Shown piece after piece: positions 56,548 through 64,000 of a stretch of 64,000 nucleotides of DNA (the stretch's first letter is position 1; each line of letters starts with the position of its first letter). The notes under the pieces are model-generated. The model saw only the letters and a program-made list of their open reading frames with translations, did no database searches and was not told the DNA's origin. The position numbers were made by a program, and so were the translations under genes. The stretch lies in the NCBI GenBank assembly GCA_000002435.2, contig CM018792.1, one strand, 5' to 3'. The DNA is from Giardia intestinalis. Its lineage: Eukaryota.

Positions 56548-58578
56548 TTAGCGTCTATCACGAGCCTGGCCGGAGATCTTACCAGAAAGGAGATGCTTCT
56601 GACGTGTTACGGCCGGTTTCTTATAGTCGAAGCGGCCCTTGCCCGTGTAGTGCCTATCCTGGTAGTCAATCTTCCGCATTTGTTCAACAGATACTCCGTC
56701 TCTACGTGCCTGCTCCTCCATGCGCTCTTGGAGAGTTCGCCATTTATCCTTCATCGGTCTGTTGGGGTTCGGGAATACAGTCCTTGCCACGCTACTATTG
56801 AACTTCTGACCAGTCTTTTTCATGACAAACCTATCCAGTTTTGCACCAGCTGCTGTTCCATGGATCTGAGCTAAGCGCGGCATGGAAGAGCCCAGAAGAT
56901 CCATTCCCTTGAGAGTTGCTTTTTTAATGCGGCGATTATCAGTCAGCTCGCGGTACAAAGCAAGCTTTTCGAATAACCCTTTGTCATCAAACGCGCTTTC
57001 TGCTGCGACCAGTCGCTCTTCTTCTTCCTCAAGTAGCCGGAGCTTTTCATCTATATCCTCGTCAACGGTGATAAAGTCCAGAATGTTTTTACCCTTGTAG
57101 AAATATGGAATAGCGTCATATTTCCAGTCGTCATTGCTGAGAAGCCAATTCTTTCGTTCATCAGGCTTGTAAACGCGTGCGCCTCCATTCTCCAATTCAA
57201 GAACGCGCTCGCTAATAAACCCATCTTCTATTGTGTGGGCCCGCACAGGCATATGGGCCTCTTGGAGAGCCTTAACTGATTCGGGAATATAAGTGCCTCT
57301 CTGCTTACTATCACGCTGGACGGGATTAGCAACGTACTGCCTATCAGCTAGCAGCTCCTGTTTCCTGGCTGTGAACAGCTGAGCTTCTCTAATCCGGAGA
57401 AGCTGCTCACACGCGATAGCCATGGCACGCTCAACGCCTTGCATGTTGACTGTGGAGGCTGGGATAAAGAGTGGATCACCTGATGCTGCTTGTGCAAGAA
57501 TCCTCTGACGCAACTCGTCTTCTTCCTTTACCCGACCCTGGATATTCAGTGAAAGCTCTCCACCACGTGCCAAACAGTCATCGATTTCTGCCTTACTGGG
57601 ATACAAGACGTCGTATAGCTTCAAAGCTTCTAGGAAGGAGACAGCGGGGGACATGGACTGGAGCAGTTGGATGTCGTCAGCAGAAAGCTGATCAGGTGTC
57701 CATGTATCTGCCTTTGAGAGCACAATTACTGTTGGCTTGTTTTGAAAGAAGAGCTTCATCGACTGAAACAGATGAACTTGTTTTTGCAGGTAGTCTCCTC
57801 CACAAGAGATATCGATAAGGAAGAGGATGGCAGCGTTTAGGTATGCCAATGCTGCGACAGCTTGGAGCTCTATGTTGTTACGCTCTTCCAGGGGGTGGTC
57901 CAGCAGACCTGGGGTATCGATTAGCTGATAGCTGAGCCCCTTATAGTCGGAGTGTCCAACAAAAAGGGACTGGGTCGTGAAATCCCAAGACTCCACCTCC
58001 ACATTGGCACGGGTTAAAGCATTGAGAAAGCTAGATTTTCCAACAGAAGGGTATCCCGTGAGAAGTAGAGTGCGTGTCGACGGATCGATGGACGGCAACC
58101 TACTCATGTGCTGGCGGACCTGTTCCAGATATGCGAGATACTCGTTCTGCTTCCTTAGAAGGGAGATCATTCTTCCAAGGGCTGCACGCTTCAGAGTCTT
58201 GCACTGAAAAAGTGAATCTGCGTGCTTAAGAAGCTTTACGTAGTGCTGCCCTACCTTGTCAGTGAGATTCTTACACTGGTGAAGCTGTCCAAGGGCAATC
58301 TTGAAATGGTCCTTATCATACATAATGTTGAACCAGTAACGGTAAAATGGGTGGATCTCATCTATCTTTGGAAACTCGTCTACGATAGCACTTATCTTTT
58401 GCCCAATAGTGTTCTGGGTAAACTTTACCTTGAGCATATAAAAGGCACGGATGCGGCATATCTTCATGGTTTTTCGAATGACAGTTGGAGTCTTCCTCTG
58501 CGTCTTTGAAAGGACAATGTCAACCAGGTCTTTGCCGCTGGGTATAGACCCGATGGTCCGAAAGTCATAGATGGGCAT
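56548..58578 (-). CDS. NOG1: nucleolar GTP-binding protein NOG1, 676 aa
   Basis: The N-terminus MPIYDFRTIGSIPSGKDLVDIVLSKTQRKTPTVIRKTMKICRIRAFYMLKVKFTQ is near-identical in pattern to NOG1. The G1-G4 motifs (GYPSVGKSS, DTPG) are present. The initiator gaaataattcaaATG lies upstream. Confidence 0.93.
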   Translation of the reverse strand: MPIYDFRTIGSIPSGKDLVDIVLSKTQRKTPTVIRKTMKICRIRAFYMLKVKFTQNTIGQKISAIVDEFPKIDEIHPFYRYWFNIMYDKDHFKIALGQLHQCKNLTDKVGQHYVKLLKHADSLFQCKTLKRAALGRMISLLRKQNEYLAYLEQVRQHMSRLPSIDPSTRTLLLTGYPSVGKSSFLNALTRANVEVESWDFTTQSLFVGHSDYKGLSYQLIDTPGLLDHPLEERNNIELQAVAALAYLNAAILFLIDISCGGDYLQKQVHLFQSMKLFFQNKPTVIVLSKADTWTPDQLSADDIQLLQSMSPAVSFLEALKLYDVLYPSKAEIDDCLARGGELSLNIQGRVKEEDELRQRILAQAASGDPLFIPASTVNMQGVERAMAIACEQLLRIREAQLFTARKQELLADRQYVANPVQRDSKQRGTYIPESVKALQEAHMPVRAHTIEDGFISERVLELENGGARVYKPDERKNWLLSNDDWKYDAIPYFYKGKNILDFITVDEDIDEKLRLLEEEEERLVAAESAFDDKGLFEKLALYRELTDNRRIKKATLKGMDLLGSSMPRLAQIHGTAAGAKLDRFVMKKTGQKFNSSVARTVFPNPNRPMKDKWRTLQERMEEQARRDGVSVEQMRKIDYQDRHYTGKGRFDYKKPAVTRQKHLLSGKISGQARDRR

Positions 58579-58657
58579 TTGAATTATTTCTCTGGTTTGT
58601 TAAGCATTTTTTATCAAAACATTGAAAGTATCGGTTGAAAAACACTTTGCGATTCAT

Positions 58658-60061
58658 ATGCTCCCCAAGACAGATGTTACAGGTACAAAAACGAAGCCCT
58701 TGAGACCTATGGACCCGGGGCTTCGATACATCCAAGTATCAGCTTTGCCCCTGAGCACACCGATTATTCATTGTGCGCGGCCATTTTCCGCTGATACTAA
58801 CAGACATCGCATGTCTCCTCTAGCCTTTCATTCCTACCGACATAGTACGCCTCCATCCTCGCGGCAAGTACTCAACATTTCTGCTCCAACGGCGTCTACA
58901 AAACCCGATTTACCATACTTTATAGATCCATGCATAGACCAATATGCCAATTTAGATTTGACAGAGCCGTCAAGCCCGCGCCCTTCAAGGACTCCGACTA
59001 CAAGTGAGGAGCCGATAAGATACAATACATATATCCCACACCCTCGGTTCAGAGGCCCTAATAAGCTAACTCATAACATCAGTGAACCCCGTGACCCTGT
59101 TTTAGGAGAGTCTGTACTTTTTAACGAGATTAGTTTGGAGCGAGCACGGATAAATCCGGTAGTCATAACTGGCACCTTTCCATTCAATGAAGATTTGACA
59201 GTTTCTCAGTCCCTGCCAACACGAATTCTATCTGCTTCCACCTCCACTGCAGCAGCCCCAAGTCCATATAAAAATTTAGCCACCGCGCGCTCTATACCCA
59301 TCATTACATTCCCAAAGAAGGAGAATAAGAGCGCCCACCTTGGTGCCTTTCTAGATGTGCCTTTGCTGACAGTAGAGGCAAGCATTTCTAAAGCTCCAAA
59401 CCCCAAGAGTTATATAGAGCAGGAGATGCTTGGCCTTAAACTAAGCCATACTCCAGATATTCTCCACAAGGAACCTATTAATGAAGTGATTCAACGACGA
59501 CGTACCCAACTGAAAAAGACCGTCATTGAGACAGTTAGTGACATGAGTCTACACAATGCAAAGTCGCCTCATCTTGATCATCTATCTATCAACAGCGTCA
59601 GCAGCCCACAAGAGCAATCCATAATCAAGGAGCAACGAGGGGGGATTCCATCACGCATCACAAACGACACTAGGAGGTATAGAAACGGGTATAGCAGTCA
59701 ACTATCGCACCGCTCGTTCGCAACAGCTACAGATATATATAGTTCTGAGAGTCTTGCACCAGAAATATCGGTGGATTCGCCACTAACTAAAAACCACATC
59801 GATACAGAGGATGATATTAAAATATTCACCACTCGTGCTTCTCCGATTAATGATGAGCTTTCCGGATGTGTAATTGACCAGAAGCAAGTGTCGAGTTCTT
59901 ATGAACCAAGTAGCGACACACGGCCAAAAACATCTCCAAACATCTGCTGTTTATCTGTCAAGCCATTAACTCAAACAAGTAACATTGATAAATCGCAACG
60001 AGAATTGTCTAGTATGCTAGAATTATTAGATAATCGCATGTATCCGCAAAAAAGGCAGTGA
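58658..60061 (+). CDS. hypothetical Ser/Thr/Pro-rich disordered protein, about 467 aa
   Basis: Clean ORF. The first ATG is at 58658; the tool started at TTG 58622. No domain recognised. Confidence 0.5.
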   Translation: MLPKTDVTGTKTKPLRPMDPGLRYIQVSALPLSTPIIHCARPFSADTNRHRMSPLAFHSYRHSTPPSSRQVLNISAPTASTKPDLPYFIDPCIDQYANLDLTEPSSPRPSRTPTTSEEPIRYNTYIPHPRFRGPNKLTHNISEPRDPVLGESVLFNEISLERARINPVVITGTFPFNEDLTVSQSLPTRILSASTSTAAAPSPYKNLATARSIPIITFPKKENKSAHLGAFLDVPLLTVEASISKAPNPKSYIEQEMLGLKLSHTPDILHKEPINEVIQRRRTQLKKTVIETVSDMSLHNAKSPHLDHLSINSVSSPQEQSIIKEQRGGIPSRITNDTRRYRNGYSSQLSHRSFATATDIYSSESLAPEISVDSPLTKNHIDTEDDIKIFTTRASPINDELSGCVIDQKQVSSSYEPSSDTRPKTSPNICCLSVKPLTQTSNIDKSQRELSSMLELLDNRMYPQKRQ

Positions 60062-60072
60062 GCTTGTCTTCG

Positions 60073-63000
60073 CTAGGGATACTGCTCTGTTGGTGTAAGA
60101 ATATACTGTTGGAGTATTTGAATTATGCGGTTTTTGCAAGTAGGATCCACACTCTTATGACAATTGATCGCCCAGTCTAATGCAGTTAGACCGTTTTTAT
60201 CCACGAGGCTGTGTTCCCTTGGAGCAAGGAGACTAACACACATACCGTACCCATAATAAGCTGCGTACATTAATGCCGTTACGCGGGAGCCGACCAGCCC
60301 TGCAGTCTCTACACACATACCGCCTTCTAATTCAATGAGGGCCTCGACAATCATTGGATGGTTGGCTCTTGTTGCAAGCATCAGGGCAGTATGATGCTCC
60401 TGATTCCGCATTCGTGCCTCTGCTCCCTTTAGCATGTTGACTGCATCTACCTTGTTGTTCACCGCAGCCAACATAAGTGCTGTAGCTCCTTGAGTATTTG
60501 TTATTTTCTTTTCGATGTCTAGTAGGATTCTTATCGTATCTGCATGACCCCTCTCAGCTGCATACATTAGAGCAGTGCACCCACTCATGTCTCGCAATCC
60601 GCCTTGTACATGTCTAAAGCAATATACCCGAACTATATCATTGCGCATTGCAGCTTCCATTAGTTCAGTTTTTCTGCCACCAATCCGGACTAATTCTTCT
60701 GACGAGTATCCTTCGTATGGAATAAGCATGTCTGCAATAGCATAGTTCTGTGCAGAAATGGCAATATCAATTGCTCTTCGCCCATCTGCACGACTCAGTC
60801 CAGCTTCACACTGGATCAGAAGACGCGCAAACTCTGGCTCATTATGCTCAGCTGCAAGCATTAAAGCCGTGACTCCATTCTCCATTGCTTCTCCAGCTAA
60901 GCTTAGGTTAGCATAAAATTTCTCTCGGTCACCGTTCACAACCGATGTCATGAGATCTGTAGGCACATTAGATGCATACACCATCGACTTGGTTAGCTTC
61001 TCCGACAAGATAGATTCCAATTTGCTCGGAGAAGTGGATACTATTGGCATAGTTGGAAGAGAGCTTATCTGATGATCAAAAGAATTTCTACCAACAGGTT
61101 GATAACTACGTGGTATCTGAACAGACTTGACTCCTCTCTCTCTACCACTCCCGCTTGATTGCTTGGCTGAATAGTGTCCACGCTGTACTAGTGGACTAGG
61201 GGATCCATCAAGAGAAGGGCTACGCCAAGCTGATGCAACTGTGTGGCTTCTATGTACGTCGCCTTGATTGCCGTCGAGGTTTTCAACTGGTAGAGATATC
61301 AGATCAGACATGTTCAGAGATTCTTGCGTAAGCTGCGCAGATCTAGTGACATGTGAACGCGCAAAGGGGTTTATAACTGGTGGTCTGTGAGTTGAATTAA
61401 TAGTAGACTGGAAGGTTCTATAAGCACGACATGTATTTAGTTCTTTTTCCACCAGCTGATGCTTTAGTTCCAGTTGGGTATAAGCAGCACGTATGGATTC
61501 GTATTTATGTAGTAGTACTTTATATTTATTGGCAATATTTTCTTGCTCTATTCTATAACTGCGTTCCACGGATCCATATGAAATCAGGGATCGCTTGATA
61601 CTCTGCATCTGAGACTCTAGAGCTCTATTCTTCTTTTGTAACAGACTCACTTCTGCATTTGCCGTCTTCATCGTGCGCTCTTCTGATAGAGTACTTTCTA
61701 GTGCGGCAATTCTCTCCTGGTAACCAGCAAGCTCTCCCATCATTCTTTTGTTGCTTTCTTCTGCGTTTGCTAGCTTTTGCATTAGTACATTTTGCTCCAT
61801 CTCCATGGCTACGTACTTTGGCTCGGATTCCATGGCTTTTTTGAGATTTTGTGCTAACAAGGCATTGGAAGACTTCAGCTTGCTTAGCTCATATTCCATA
61901 ACGCGGACACTTGTCTCTAATACACCATCAGCGGCCGCGTCACGTGTGGAATGTTCTAAATTAGATAATTGTTCCTTCAATGCGGCATTTCTCTGCGACG
62001 ATTCTGCTAGGCGAGTAGTAAGCTCTTCTATTGTGGCCTTAGATATATTGAGATTTTCCATCAAGTTATCTTCTATGCAATCATGCACCTGTACCCCAGT
62101 ATTGACATAGGTGATAGAGGTTAATGCATCATCTAGGTTATATTGTGTTGTGACATCTCTTCCTGGTGTGTCTGCCTTTTTCTCTAACATAGAAATCTTA
62201 TTCTGCTTTTCTCGCAGCCGTTCCTCTAACATAGCAATTTGTACGTCCTTTTCAACGCCTGTGTCATCGCCTACGTATTTTGTGCGTTCCATAATAGTTA
62301 GTAGGTCTTCAACATTGTTAATACTCAGCTCTTCATCTCCCATGGAAATTACATTGTTAGACACACTCTCATCAGTACCCTCTGTGATGGCAGCTATCTT
62401 GGCCCGAAGGGCTACTCTAAGAACGTAAATTTCCCTTTTCTGATCTTCGATTGTGGACAGTGAGAGCTGCAGCTTTTCACGCATTTCGGCCTTGATTCGT
62501 TGGAAGTCCGACAGGTGCTGTTGCATCGTTTCTATAAGATTCTTCTCCTCAGTCTGCTTACTCTTTAGCTCACTGTTTTGGAGCTGTAGTTTGTCAACTA
62601 AATCTGACGTGGACGTGCTTGCTATTATCTTTACCAAAGAAGGAGCTCTATCAGGCTTAGGCAAGGGGGCAGACGTCTGGACTTGTAACTTAACGGATGT
62701 ATCTGTGATTGGAGGAGATATTGTGTCCAATTGTGGGGTCAAATTGTCAGAAAAAATATCAAAAGAGTCTACAGAAGAGTGAGTGTCTGATGCCTCTGGA
62801 TTAGGTGATTCATTAGTCACCGTAAAGATATGTCCGTTACTATTTTTCTTAATGTATTCTGGCAGTGCTTCACCAAAATGTCGAACAACAAGCTCTTCAA
62901 ATTCAGCTAAGTTTTGTCGCTTGACAAAAAGGGAAGCTTTGTTTAAGGATTGCCAACTGTATGTAAATTTGCTCATAAGTATCCTTACGGCTTTAAAATG

Positions 63001-63414
63001 ACCTCGTGTTAGAGCTAACTCAAGGGCTGTCTTTCCATCTGCACCACGTACGTCCTCCATGTATTCATTTTCAAGTAAAAAGCGAAGGCAGCGGGGCGCA
63101 TTATAGGTAATCGATAGAGTTGTAAGGCTTTGGCCTTTAGAAGATAGTTTCTGTTCTAAAGGATACAGGTGAACGAAAATATCTATGTAGTCATTTTTCA
63201 AGGAGGCAACCAAGGCCGTCATGCCGTCATTAGAGATAAGTCCTACCTCGTCTGGAAGAAGTAACTCTAGAATTTCTGAGTGTCCCGCCCTGGCCGCATA
63301 CATCAGTGCCGTTCTACCCCATCTATCAACTGTCTTCCTGAACTTGTTCCGATTAAGTCGTATAAATTCTGTGTCGCCTGAGTATGCTGCTTCGAACCAC
63401 GCAAGTTTGTCCAT
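60073..63414 (-). CDS. ankyrin-repeat protein with N-terminal and C-terminal ankyrin arrays around a long central coiled coil (21.1-like), about 1113 aa
   Basis: TALMYAARAGH and MTALVASL repeats at the N-terminus, a heptad-rich middle, and TALMLAAEHNE, TALMYAAERGH, TALMLAAVNN, TALMLATRAN and TALMYAAYYG repeats at the C-terminus. The first ATG is at 63414. Confidence 0.85.
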   Translation of the reverse strand: MDKLAWFEAAYSGDTEFIRLNRNKFRKTVDRWGRTALMYAARAGHSEILELLLPDEVGLISNDGMTALVASLKNDYIDIFVHLYPLEQKLSSKGQSLTTLSITYNAPRCLRFLLENEYMEDVRGADGKTALELALTRGHFKAVRILMSKFTYSWQSLNKASLFVKRQNLAEFEELVVRHFGEALPEYIKKNSNGHIFTVTNESPNPEASDTHSSVDSFDIFSDNLTPQLDTISPPITDTSVKLQVQTSAPLPKPDRAPSLVKIIASTSTSDLVDKLQLQNSELKSKQTEEKNLIETMQQHLSDFQRIKAEMREKLQLSLSTIEDQKREIYVLRVALRAKIAAITEGTDESVSNNVISMGDEELSINNVEDLLTIMERTKYVGDDTGVEKDVQIAMLEERLREKQNKISMLEKKADTPGRDVTTQYNLDDALTSITYVNTGVQVHDCIEDNLMENLNISKATIEELTTRLAESSQRNAALKEQLSNLEHSTRDAAADGVLETSVRVMEYELSKLKSSNALLAQNLKKAMESEPKYVAMEMEQNVLMQKLANAEESNKRMMGELAGYQERIAALESTLSEERTMKTANAEVSLLQKKNRALESQMQSIKRSLISYGSVERSYRIEQENIANKYKVLLHKYESIRAAYTQLELKHQLVEKELNTCRAYRTFQSTINSTHRPPVINPFARSHVTRSAQLTQESLNMSDLISLPVENLDGNQGDVHRSHTVASAWRSPSLDGSPSPLVQRGHYSAKQSSGSGRERGVKSVQIPRSYQPVGRNSFDHQISSLPTMPIVSTSPSKLESILSEKLTKSMVYASNVPTDLMTSVVNGDREKFYANLSLAGEAMENGVTALMLAAEHNEPEFARLLIQCEAGLSRADGRRAIDIAISAQNYAIADMLIPYEGYSSEELVRIGGRKTELMEAAMRNDIVRVYCFRHVQGGLRDMSGCTALMYAAERGHADTIRILLDIEKKITNTQGATALMLAAVNNKVDAVNMLKGAEARMRNQEHHTALMLATRANHPMIVEALIELEGGMCVETAGLVGSRVTALMYAAYYGYGMCVSLLAPREHSLVDKNGLTALDWAINCHKSVDPTCKNRIIQILQQYILTPTEQYP

Positions 63415-63470
63415 GGGCTCCAAGAGGACGATAAGGTTATCAAGCCAATGTGTAGAATTTATTCCTCATC

Positions 63471-64000
63471 TCATTTGTCTCCTTTGGACGGAAGAAGAAG
63501 GTCCAGATAGTCGTCTCTCGTCATACGTCGCACATTAGTCTTGCTAGGCTGGTTATCATAGGCATCCACATGCACCAGATTTCCGAATTCATCACGTCTC
63601 TGTCCTCGAAGGACCAACTCTTGGACAATCTCCTTGCTTCTTGCTTTTTCCAATATCTTCTCGTCAATGCTGCCTTCTGTGACAAGCCGATAGATAACGA
63701 CTGACTTCTTCTGACCTAAACGATGAACCCGGTCCATTGCCTGGGCATCTTGTGTGGGGTTCCAATCATTTTCATAGAAGATAACAGTGCTTGCCCTTGT
63801 CAAGTTAAGACCTAAAGATGCTGCCCTTGTGCTCAGTAGGAAAACAAAGATGGTGTCATCCGTCATAAAGCGCTCTACAATCTGCCCTCGCTTATTTACC
63901 GCATCACCTCCGTCCAAGCGCACGTAGTTGTAGCGCCTGAAAACTAGGTAGTCCTCTAGAAGATCAAGCATTTTGGTCATCTGACAATAGATCAAAACAG
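63471..64000 (-). CDS. SNF2/SWI2-family ATPase, C-terminal helicase domain only; the gene continues beyond the window end
   Basis: IYCQMTKMLDLLEDYL...RLDG...FLLSTRAASLGLNLTRASTVIFYENDWNPTQDAQAMDRVHRLGQKKSVVIYRLVTEGSIDEKIL is the SNF2 helicase-C block, including motif VI. Confidence 0.85.
   Translation of the reverse strand, partial: VLIYCQMTKMLDLLEDYLVFRRYNYVRLDGGDAVNKRGQIVERFMTDDTIFVFLLSTRAASLGLNLTRASTVIFYENDWNPTQDAQAMDRVHRLGQKKSVVIYRLVTEGSIDEKILEKARSKEIVQELVLRGQRRDEFGNLVHVDAYDNQPSKTNVRRMTRDDYLDLLLPSKGDK

Noticed and set aside
1-64000. Prokaryotic, phage or giant-virus origin of the window
   Set aside because: The core eukaryotic nuclear genes (XPB, Snu13, NOG1, RPC82-like, exosome RNase PH, WNK, RhoGAP) and the initiator and AGTGAAC signal grammar indicate a compact eukaryotic nuclear genome. 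No Shine-Dalgarno sites, operon-like structure or viral hallmark genes were seen.
1-64000. tRNA genes, CRISPR arrays, transposons and long tandem repeats
   Set aside because: No T-loop/D-loop cloverleaf candidates (GTTCGANTC) were found in the intergenic regions. There are no repeat-spacer arrays, terminal inverted repeats or transposase-like ORFs. Repetition is at the protein level, in ankyrin and coiled-coil units, not in the DNA.

Overview
The window reads as a compact eukaryotic chromosome segment that is nearly intron-free and about 47% GC. About 37 protein-coding genes lie on both strands, separated by very short intergenic spacers. Several features point to a diplomonad such as Giardia, inferred from sequence only. 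Each start codon sits immediately downstream of a short AT-rich initiator (for example aattaaaaATG). AGTGAAC-type polyadenylation signals overlap the stop codons. TAA, TAG and TGA are all used as stops. Ankyrin-repeat proteins carry repeated TALMLAA motifs in the style of Giardia protein 21.1 and pseudo-NEK kinases. There are several giant orphan ORFs. Recognisable products include nucleoside diphosphate kinase, an amino-acid/auxin permease (AAAP)-like transporter, the TFIIH helicase XPB, an Snu13/L7Ae protein, NOG1 GTPase, a HIT protein, a WNK-like kinase, a CMGC kinase, an RPC82-like Pol III subunit, a RhoGAP, an exosome RNase-PH-like subunit, a macro-domain protein and a partial SNF2 ATPase. 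No tRNA, rRNA, CRISPR array or transposon was recognised. Two observations stand out. First, a 5.25 kb island of about 78% GC (about 50,013-55,264) has razor-sharp edges. It encodes four genes, including a protein kinase, with near-100% GC3. These genes still use the host AT-rich initiators, bidirectional promoters and AGTGAAC polyA signals. The left edge falls inside an open reading frame, and codon usage flips within one codon. Second, a free-standing gene at 39,985-41,307 is collinear with the yeast VMA1 intein (PI-SceI) and HO endonuclease: a Hint splicing domain plus two LAGLIDADG motifs, with the splicing and endonuclease catalytic residues degenerated. It looks like a domesticated intein. 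Other notable items are perfectly palindromic bidirectional initiators, a GC3-rich coding-like remnant in an intergenic region, a tandem pair of tail-anchored coiled-coil paralogs, and an unusually large AT-rich gene-poor gap bordering the island.
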